From positions 1 through 44,200 of IMG/VR virus record IMGVR_UViG_3300045988_113957: a stretch of 44,200 bases of DNA; one strand, given 5' to 3'. Below the pieces are notes generated by a model that saw only the letters and a list, made by a program, of their open reading frames with translations, did no database searches and had not been told where the DNA came from. Numbering within the stretch: the stretch's first letter is position 1; the number at the start of each line of letters is the position of its first letter. This document shows, in pieces, positions 18,196 through 24,121 of this stretch. Source of the stretch: a virus. The position numbers were made by a program, and so were the translations under genes.

Positions 18196-19101
18196 ATGCA
18201 TACAATACAGGTATCTGTTCGAGACAAAATTGCGACACAAACCGATGGCACGGTTATAATCAACGGCAACAGCGATTACAGCATCGAGTTCGACTTTGAC
18301 GCTGAATGGGCTGACTTAAACAACAAAGTCGGAATATTCGCCTACAACGATGCGGCGGCGCATAAATGGGCATATCAAACCGTGATGTTTAGCGGTAACA
18401 CCTGCGCCGTGCCGATATTGCGGGATATACACTGCGTATACGTCGGCGTAACGGCGGGCAACGTGCGAGTTACTACCCCCGCAAAGGTGCAGTGCAGGCT
18501 CAGCATATCCGACTATGCGGACACGGAAGAACCGCCCTCCGCTGATGTTTGGGGACAAATCCTTGCAAAGTTGGACGAATTGCAAACCGAGATTGACGAA
18601 ATCAAGGAAGGCGAAGTGTGGGAAAAAGTTTGCCAAGTTACGACAACCGAAGACACAACTGCGATATATCAGTCTTTCGGCGGGAACTACAAAAAAATCC
18701 GTGCGATTTTTGCGGGGGAATCCACGGTTGCATGTACTGTATGGGTATATCCGAACACGAAAACCACACCCGGGGGCAGAGACATAGCGTATATATTTAA
18801 CGCACCATACGCTGCCGCAGGAAAATATACAATTGTCGGTGAATTTAGCTCGTCTCCATACCCTGCGCCTAACGGCTCTGATAATAGATACCGCGGACGA
18901 TGTTCCATCGCACGAGAATGGAAACCGACCGCTTTACATGCTGGATGGGGTGACAGTCTTTTTGATAATTATGTTGATGACTTTTATGCGCACCTCGGAG
19001 AAGGCGACATCGCACAAGGCATAAAAAGTCTTTACTGGACGCACAACACAGGAGAGATAAAAGCAGGTGCTAAAATGGTTGTTTATGGGGTAAAAGCATG
19101 A
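18196..19101 (+). CDS. Hypothetical tail-tip associated protein
   Basis: 301 aa; RBS AAGGAGG; position only. Confidence 0.4.
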   Translation: MHTIQVSVRDKIATQTDGTVIINGNSDYSIEFDFDAEWADLNNKVGIFAYNDAAAHKWAYQTVMFSGNTCAVPILRDIHCVYVGVTAGNVRVTTPAKVQCRLSISDYADTEEPPSADVWGQILAKLDELQTEIDEIKEGEVWEKVCQVTTTEDTTAIYQSFGGNYKKIRAIFAGESTVACTVWVYPNTKTTPGGRDIAYIFNAPYAAAGKYTIVGEFSSSPYPAPNGSDNRYRGRCSIAREWKPTALHAGWGDSLFDNYVDDFYAHLGEGDIAQGIKSLYWTHNTGEIKAGAKMVVYGVKA

Positions 19102-19496
19102 AAAAATGTGTTAACGGAAAAATAATTGATATGACCTCCGATGAGGTAACGGCATATCAGGCGGAGACAATTACGACACAAAAGCAAATCCCGACAGCGG
19201 GGCTTGAAGACAAAATAATGGTGTATATCGAATCTATCCCAACAGCGGACACTCCGACCGTCCCGCCCAAGCTTGGGTTTAAATGGAAGCTGATATACAG
19301 CGGCTCGGCGGGGTTTGCATGGGAGCTTGTACCTGACCCCGATGCTGTCGGAACTGTTGCAAAACCCTTTGAGTGGTTCGCGGGAATTCGTGTTGCTGTG
19401 GGATACCACTATACCAACGGCGTTGACATTGCGCTTGCTGTTGCGGACGGCGTTCCTGCAAATTTTGACGATGAAGCGTTTTTAGTTAAGCTGTAA
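19098..19496 (+). CDS. Hypothetical protein (tail-fibre accessory position)
   Basis: 132 aa; ATGA overlap. Confidence 0.4.
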   Translation: MKKCVNGKIIDMTSDEVTAYQAETITTQKQIPTAGLEDKIMVYIESIPTADTPTVPPKLGFKWKLIYSGSAGFAWELVPDPDAVGTVAKPFEWFAGIRVAVGYHYTNGVDIALAVADGVPANFDDEAFLVKL

Positions 19497-19500
19497 TGGC

Positions 19501-19529
19501 TTGACGGATGCAACAATATATGCTATAAT
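19501..19529 (+). promoter_or_regulatory. Consensus promoter abutting the endolysin ATG
   Basis: TTGACG, 17 nt, TGcTATAAT; only 6 nt (caaaac) lie between the -10 box and the ATG at 19536. Confidence 0.65.
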
Positions 19530-19535
19530 CAAAAC

Positions 19536-20411
19536 ATGAAGTATGATGTTATTGATTTTATTCGGTGGGGCTTGCGGCATACGATACGTTATGCCGCTCC
19601 CGCTGACGCAGATATGCCGCTGACACCCGATGAATGCGGAATATATCCCACACGCTACCTGTTTGGGACAGTATGGAAACCCTGCACTAAGGCTACGCTG
19701 AATGAGCGTTTTGTCAACCATTACGCAAAACAGGGCTACAGCGAAGAGGATTTTGCCCGCATTACGTCGGAGTGGTCTGAACGTGATTATGCGACAGACT
19801 GTCAAGGCTTACTTGACGCATGGCTGACGGTTGAGTGCAACGAGAAGACCGACATTAATGCGCATATGAACTACACCGATTGGTGTACGGACAAAGGCGC
19901 AATTGCCGAGATAAACCGACCGTATGTTGTCGGCGAAGCGTTGTTTATGCAGTCAAAATCAAAAGGCAGAATGACACATGTCGGCTGGATTTGTGGCAAG
20001 CTGGGACGTGAACCGCTGGTGCTTGAAGCCCGTGGTTTGCGCTGGGGTGTGGTTATCACCAAGCTTAGCGACAGACCGTGGACGCATCGTGGATTGATGA
20101 CGAAAAAATTCGATTATGGCAAAGGTGACAAAATTATGACAAAATTTGAAGTTTCAAGCCCTATGCGTGAGGGCGAAGAGTACAAAAAAATGCAGGCGGC
20201 ACTCAATGCGGCGGGCTACACCGATGAAGCAAAGAAGCCGCTTGTTGAGGACGGAAAGTGGGGCAAGAAATCACAGTTTGCGTTTGAACGCTTGCTGGAG
20301 AATCACGCTGAATCCGAACCTGTTGAAGAACAGCCTGTAACAATCAGCAAGCCGCACACAATCAAGCTCACCGTTGACGATGTGGACTGCTATGAATGCA
20401 CCGTAAATTAA
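19536..20411 (+). CDS. Endolysin: NlpC/P60-type endopeptidase with a C-terminal peptidoglycan-binding domain
   Basis: Cys motif DCQGLLD and His motif MTHVGWI; C-terminal PG_binding_1-like YKKMQAALNAAGYTDEAKKPLVEDGKWGKKSQFAFERL. Confidence 0.75.
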   Translation: MKYDVIDFIRWGLRHTIRYAAPADADMPLTPDECGIYPTRYLFGTVWKPCTKATLNERFVNHYAKQGYSEEDFARITSEWSERDYATDCQGLLDAWLTVECNEKTDINAHMNYTDWCTDKGAIAEINRPYVVGEALFMQSKSKGRMTHVGWICGKLGREPLVLEARGLRWGVVITKLSDRPWTHRGLMTKKFDYGKGDKIMTKFEVSSPMREGEEYKKMQAALNAAGYTDEAKKPLVEDGKWGKKSQFAFERLLENHAESEPVEEQPVTISKPHTIKLTVDDVDCYECTVN

Positions 20412-20412
20412 C

Positions 20413-20688
20413 ATGAATGACGCAGTACTTACAGCCCTGCTTTCGCTTGCGGGGACGGCGATAGGCTCAATAGCGGGCATTCTTGCGTCAAACAAGTTGA
20501 CGAATTTCAGACTGAAATCGCTGGAAGACCGTGTTTCTCAACATAACCACCTTATTGAGCGCATGTATGGAGTTGAAGACCGTGCTAAGGCGAATCAACA
20601 CAGAATTAACAGGATAGAAGAAAGGCTTGAATTGCATGAAAACAAACTGGACAATTTGGCTCAAAGCCGCAACCATCAGAGCGATTAA
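20413..20688 (+). CDS. N-terminally membrane-anchored coiled-coil protein (lysis accessory?)
   Basis: 91 aa; TM segment VLTALLSLAGTAIGSIAGILA followed by a heptad-like charged helix; starts 2 nt after the endolysin stop. Confidence 0.5.
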   Translation: MNDAVLTALLSLAGTAIGSIAGILASNKLTNFRLKSLEDRVSQHNHLIERMYGVEDRAKANQHRINRIEERLELHENKLDNLAQSRNHQSD

Positions 20689-20887
20689 GACAGCGGCACA
20701 AACGGCTTGCGGTGTGCTTGCGACTTCCGCATTGCTGTCCGAAGTCAACTGGGCTGTTGTCGGCTCATCTGCGGCAATGGCGGCTATCGTCAGTCTCTTA
20801 ACGTCACTTGCGGGGCTTCCCGAGGTGAAGATGCAAGAGCGTGAGCGATTGCGAGTAAACAAAAACACGCCCCCCGAGGACGCCTAA
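20636..20887 (+). CDS. Holin (two TM helices)
   Basis: MKTNWTIWLKAATIRAIKTAAQTA...SLLTSLAGLPE pattern resembles r1t / phage_holin_1-type holins; charged C-terminus; overlaps the upstream ORF by 53 nt. Confidence 0.6.
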   Translation: MKTNWTIWLKAATIRAIKTAAQTACGVLATSALLSEVNWAVVGSSAAMAAIVSLLTSLAGLPEVKMQERERLRVNKNTPPEDA

Positions 20888-20904
20888 TTGGCGTTCTCTT
20901 TTTT
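20878..20904 (+). terminator. Rho-independent terminator after the lysis cassette
   Basis: GGACGCC-taatt-GGCGTTC (one G-U) followed by TCTTTTTT. Confidence 0.7.
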
Positions 20905-21132
20905 ATGCAAAATATGTCAAATTCAGAATTAAACAGTATATCAAATACTAAAATAATCACTTTGTTAAAGGAATATTGTCACGATTCTGTCGCTCGTGAC
21001 ATGGCTGTCATGCGGCTGGTTGAAGGCTCAACGTATATTGACATTGCACATATCTTTAACGTATCTCAATCGACAGCTCGCCGCAAGTGCATTAAGGCTG
21101 AAAATGCCGTCAAAATGCACATAAATGAATGA
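20905..21132 (+). CDS. Mini HTH protein resembling sigma-70 region 4 / LuxR-type HTH
   Basis: ARDMAVMRLVEGSTYIDIAHIFNVSQSTARRKCIKAENAVK matches the R-x-V-x2-L-x3-G-x-(S/T)-Y-x2-IA-x4-S-x-(S/G)-T pattern. AT-rich gene with no obvious RBS. Confidence 0.5.
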   Translation: MQNMSNSELNSISNTKIITLLKEYCHDSVARDMAVMRLVEGSTYIDIAHIFNVSQSTARRKCIKAENAVKMHINE

Positions 21133-21183
21133 GCCTACTACGTTGCTGTATTATAATTAAATAAACAAGCAATGGAGGTGCGC

Positions 21184-21606
21184 ATGAACCCTTACGGATA
21201 TAATGTGCCGAACATGTACGGCAACAACACGTTCACACCGCAAATGCCGTACAGCCCGCCTGTTACGCAGCCCCAGCTTCCGTTTGGACAACAATCCAAC
21301 CTGATATGGGTACACGGCATACAAGGCGGCAACGCATACAAGATGGGCGCAAATCAGTCTGTTATCCTGCTTGATGAGACCGCTCCGCTTGCATTTTTTA
21401 AGCGCACGGACAGTGCAGGGTATGCGACTATGGACATTTACGATTTAACCCCTCACAAAGAATCAGAAACAGATTTACAATCTATTGAACAACGTTTAGC
21501 AAAATTGGAGGCACGATTAAATGAATCCGATACTGCAATCTCTAAGCCAAAACAACCCGCAAATGGCAAAAATGCAAGAAATGACGGGCATGATGCAACA
21601 GTATAA
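21184..21606 (+). CDS. Hypothetical protein with a P/Q/Y/N-rich N-terminus and a small beta domain
   Basis: GGAGGtgcgcATG; 140 aa; the core SNLIWVHGIQGGNAYKMGANQSVILLDETAPLAFFKR recurs in Firmicute phage proteins of unknown function. Confidence 0.5.
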   Translation: MNPYGYNVPNMYGNNTFTPQMPYSPPVTQPQLPFGQQSNLIWVHGIQGGNAYKMGANQSVILLDETAPLAFFKRTDSAGYATMDIYDLTPHKESETDLQSIEQRLAKLEARLNESDTAISKPKQPANGKNARNDGHDATV

Positions 21607-21748
21607 GCAATTCCGTGCGGCAATGGCGGGGAAAAACCCGCAGGCGTTGCTCAACATGCTAATGCAAAACGGCAGTGTATCCCAACAGCAGATGCAACAG
21701 GCGCAGACCCAAGGACAAATTTTTATGCAGGCTATGCGTAATCAGTAA
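21521..21748 (+). CDS. Gln/Met-rich small protein (75 aa)
   Basis: RBS GGAGG 9 nt upstream; overlaps the preceding ORF by 86 nt in another frame. Confidence 0.45.
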   Translation: MNPILQSLSQNNPQMAKMQEMTGMMQQYKQFRAAMAGKNPQALLNMLMQNGSVSQQQMQQAQTQGQIFMQAMRNQ

Positions 21749-21793
21749 CCGACTTTAACAAGTCCATATGGATTATCATCCATCCCAGTGCAA

Positions 21794-21813
21794 CAGACAC
21801 GGAAACGTGTTTG
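21794..21813 (+). other. Hairpin capped by a GAAA tetraloop
   Basis: CAGACACG-gaaa-CGTGTTTG (8-bp stem, one mismatch), 24 nt upstream of the ATG at 21837. Confidence 0.5.
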
Positions 21814-21836
21814 AATAAATCAAGGATGGTTTTTTT

Positions 21837-22436
21837 ATGGACAACAACTTCACTCCTGCCGATTATGCGGCAATGAACGGCGGCTTTGGCGGCGGCAATC
21901 AGGAATGGCTCTGGATTATTCTGTTTTTCCTGTTTGCAGGCGGCGGAAACGGCTTTGGCGGCAACCGTAAAGACTGCGCAACCACCGAGGACGTGCAGAA
22001 CCAGTTCAATTTTGCGGCTCTTGAGCGGCAGAACGGCGAGACTGTTGCGGCGGTTGCAAACAACACTACCGCTGTTACCAACGCAGTAAAAGACAGCGAA
22101 ATCAGGCTCCAGCAGGGTATCAACGCACTTGCGGGCATGGAACAGAATATTATCGGCAATACGTCCAGATGCTGCTGTGAAACCCTTCGTGGCATTGACG
22201 GTGTGAACTACAATGCCGCAATGAATACCGCTGCAATCAATGCAAACACCACAGCGCAGGTACAGAAGATTCTTGACGCAATCACGGGCAACAGAATGGC
22301 GGATATGCAGAACCAGATTAACCAGCTCCAGCTCCAGTCACAGCTTTGCGGTGTGGTTCGCTACCCTACCAATACGACCTACTCGGTTAACTCTCCCTGT
22401 TTCTGCGGTAACGGCGGTTGCGGTTGCGGATACTAA
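21837..22436 (+). CDS. Gly-flanked single-TM protein with an N/Q/A-rich ectodomain and a Cys/Gly-rich C-terminus
   Basis: NGGFGGGNQEWLWIILFFLFAGGGNGFGGN (YjcZ-like tiny-TM look), an internal CCC, and the C-terminal CFCGNGGCGCGY. Confidence 0.6.
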   Translation: MDNNFTPADYAAMNGGFGGGNQEWLWIILFFLFAGGGNGFGGNRKDCATTEDVQNQFNFAALERQNGETVAAVANNTTAVTNAVKDSEIRLQQGINALAGMEQNIIGNTSRCCCETLRGIDGVNYNAAMNTAAINANTTAQVQKILDAITGNRMADMQNQINQLQLQSQLCGVVRYPTNTTYSVNSPCFCGNGGCGCGY

Positions 22437-22457
22437 TCAACTTTGACTTAATCGGCG

Positions 22458-22491
22458 GGTATCATTTTCGTGGCAACACGAAATTGATACC
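22458..22491 (+). other. 15-bp stem hairpin capped by a GCAA tetraloop
   Basis: GGTATCATTTTCGTG-gcaa-CACGAAATTGATACC (one central mismatch); no U-tract; lies in the 5' UTR of 22515. Confidence 0.6.
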
Positions 22492-22514
22492 TTGCACCAT
22501 ATCGGAGGTAAACT

Positions 22515-22946
22515 ATGTCATGTTCGAATAATTTCAGGAAATCAGCAGTAAGCACGGTAAACACAGCGGCGCAGACCGTAACGGCAAACGCAACCCCGCT
22601 TTCCCTGCTCGGCAGTGTATGTTACAACAGCGGCTGTTCGCTGTCCGCAAATGCAAGCGGCATCAACATCAAAAGCAGCGGGCTTTATACCGCCTCAGGA
22701 AGCGTCACAATCACTCCGACAGCGGCAGGGACTGTTACTGTATACCTTGCGCTAAACGGCGTTACACTGCCTTGTAGCGTGCGTCAGCAAACGGTTGTGG
22801 CGGCATCACCTATCACCATAAACACCTCGGCAATTGCGTTCGGTGCAGGGGCTTGCGCTTGCAACTCGTCAACCCTGACGCTTGTTGTCTCGGGTGCAGC
22901 CGGAACGGTTGACTATGTTACGGCAGGGGCGGTACGCCTCGCATAA
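22515..22946 (+). CDS. Beta-rich A/T/S/G/V protein resembling BclA C-terminal (C1q-like) or DUF3992 (Ena-like) domains
   Basis: 143 aa; RBS GGAGG; Cys at positions 3, 36, 41, 87, 114 and 116; alternating beta-strand pattern (GLYTASGSVTITPTAAGTVTVYLALNGVTL). Confidence 0.45.
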   Translation: MSCSNNFRKSAVSTVNTAAQTVTANATPLSLLGSVCYNSGCSLSANASGINIKSSGLYTASGSVTITPTAAGTVTVYLALNGVTLPCSVRQQTVVAASPITINTSAIAFGAGACACNSSTLTLVVSGAAGTVDYVTAGAVRLA

Positions 22947-22960
22947 GAAAGGCGGAAGCA

Positions 22961-23530
22961 ATGGCGGCAAGTGAGATACTGTCTAAAATAGCAACACATC
23001 AGGTAAAAGGCATAATGTTTCACGCTCAAATGGCGGACTATTTCGACTTTTTGAACCTCCGTGGATTCAAACGGTTGCATGAGTATCAGTACATGAGCGA
23101 ATCAGCCGAATATCGGAAGACTTGCAGGTTTTGCATAAACCATTGCTACAAGCTATGCAAAATCGGGCAAACGGATGACCCACACGTCATACCTGACAGA
23201 TGGTACAGCGCACGGCGGAGTGAGGTGGATACTAACACGAAGCGCAGGGCTGTCGTTGAAGCATTTGAGCAGTATGTATTGTGGGAGCAAAACACACTGC
23301 AACTTTACGAACAGTGCTATTCCGAACTTGTTGCGGAAGGCAAAATTGCAATAGCGGATTATGTCAAGAATCTCATTGCAGACGTTGCGGATGAACTTAA
23401 GCACGCTTCCCGCTTGCGCCTGGAACTTGCAAACACTGACGGCGATATTATACACGTTTATGACCTGCAAGAGGCTATGCACGAGGATTACAAGCAAAAA
23501 ACGAGGGTAGTCGGCGTGATACTCTCTTGA
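22961..23530 (+). CDS. Ferritin-like four-helix-bundle protein (non-canonical metal ligands)
   Basis: 189 aa; HQVKGIMFHAQMADYFDFLNLRGFKRLHEYQYMSESAEY and EQYVLWEQNTLQLYEQ resemble ferritin helices A/B and C. Confidence 0.45.
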   Translation: MAASEILSKIATHQVKGIMFHAQMADYFDFLNLRGFKRLHEYQYMSESAEYRKTCRFCINHCYKLCKIGQTDDPHVIPDRWYSARRSEVDTNTKRRAVVEAFEQYVLWEQNTLQLYEQCYSELVAEGKIAIADYVKNLIADVADELKHASRLRLELANTDGDIIHVYDLQEAMHEDYKQKTRVVGVILS

Positions 23531-23555
23531 CGGCGCATTTTGAACGTGCTATAAT
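23527..23555 (+). promoter_or_regulatory. Consensus promoter overlapping the stop codon of 22961..23530
   Basis: TTGACG, 17 nt, TGcTATAAT. Confidence 0.7.
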
Positions 23556-23561
23556 TATCAC

Positions 23562-23775
23562 TGTCAGACAGGATGAACCTCTTACCTCGCAGTCAGCGAC
23601 GGCGGGCGGGCATGATAACACGTTCGCCGTCGCAACTCCTTCTTGTCTGTCTTGAGTAAAAATGGTGCGCATTATGCGCTGTACTATATATCGCAACGGG
23701 GTTTTCAGCCTCCTTCATTTTTATTTCCTCCTTCGCAAAGGGAGCTGCTTGCTGGTCACGGGCGGCTCTCTTTTG
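23562..23775 (+). ncRNA. Candidate ~215-nt structured non-coding RNA or leader
   Basis: Bracketed by the promoter at 23527 and the terminator at 23738. Perfect 9-bp stem GCGACGGCG/CGCCGTCGC (23596-23604 / 23625-23633) nested in CAGACAGG/CTTGTCTG. Two CCUCC motifs at 23709-13 and 23727-31. No + strand ORF with an RBS. Confidence 0.4.
23593..23718 (-). CDS. Candidate 41-codon ORF antisense to the putative RNA
   Basis: MKEAENPVAIYSTAHNAHHFYSRQTRRSCDGERVIMPARRR. Its TIR GAAGGAGGAAATAAAAATG nearly matches those of 36184 and 2524. Only a weak promoter candidate exists (TTGCAC-17-ATTAAT, 23848..23820). Confidence 0.3.
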   Translation of the reverse strand: MKEAENPVAIYSTAHNAHHFYSRQTRRSCDGERVIMPARRR

Positions 23776-23779
23776 CGTT
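23738..23779 (+). terminator. Putative intrinsic terminator
   Basis: The AAGGGAGCTGCTTG / CACGGGCGGCTCTCTT stem (about 12 bp, several G-U pairs) is followed by TTTTGCGTT. Confidence 0.5.
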
Positions 23780-23808
23780 ATATATTTATTTTTTGTTCAA
23801 AAAAAGGG

Positions 23809-23838
23809 TTGACACGCACATTAATGCGGGTGTATAAT
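23809..23838 (+). promoter_or_regulatory. Early (recombination/replication operon) promoter
   Basis: TTGACA, 18 nt, TATAAT; the spacer contains the palindrome CATTAATG. Confidence 0.65.
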
Positions 23839-23883
23839 ACATGTGCAAACAAAAAAGCGGCAACCCCGCAGAAAGAGGAGATT

Positions 23884-24120
23884 ATGAACACAAAGCAAAT
23901 AAACACCCGCATTGCGTACTATGATGCGCTCCGCAAGCTTATGGCGAATGCCAAAGAGAACATGCGCCAAGCTGAAATCAGCCTTGACGATGCTAACACT
24001 GACGGCATGGCAACGGCAGAAGAAAAAGACCTTGCACAGGCAAGGTATGATGCGGCAGTCAACCTTTACGCAAGGCTGATTAACCTGCCGTTCGAATACG
24101 AAGAGGAGGACGATTTTTAA
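23884..24120 (+). CDS. Small helical protein with an acidic C-terminal tip (..LPFEYEEEDDF)
   Basis: RBS AGAGGAGattATG; 78 aa; first gene of the early operon. Confidence 0.6.
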   Translation: MNTKQINTRIAYYDALRKLMANAKENMRQAEISLDDANTDGMATAEEKDLAQARYDAAVNLYARLINLPFEYEEEDDF

Positions 24121-24121
24121 A

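Noticed and set aside
21521-21606. Programmed +1 frameshift joining 21184..21606 to 21521..21748
   Set aside because: No recognisable slippery or shifty-stop sequence is present, and the second ORF has its own GGAGG RBS at ideal spacing. It is treated as an ordinary, if long, overlap.
23475-23696. 73-aa minus-strand ORF (TTG start) overlapping the 3' end of the ferritin-like gene
   Set aside because: The spacing from the SD to the TTG is 12 nt, and the Arg/Ser/Cys-rich sequence is implausible. The 41-codon ATG-initiated ORF in the other frame has the proper TIR.
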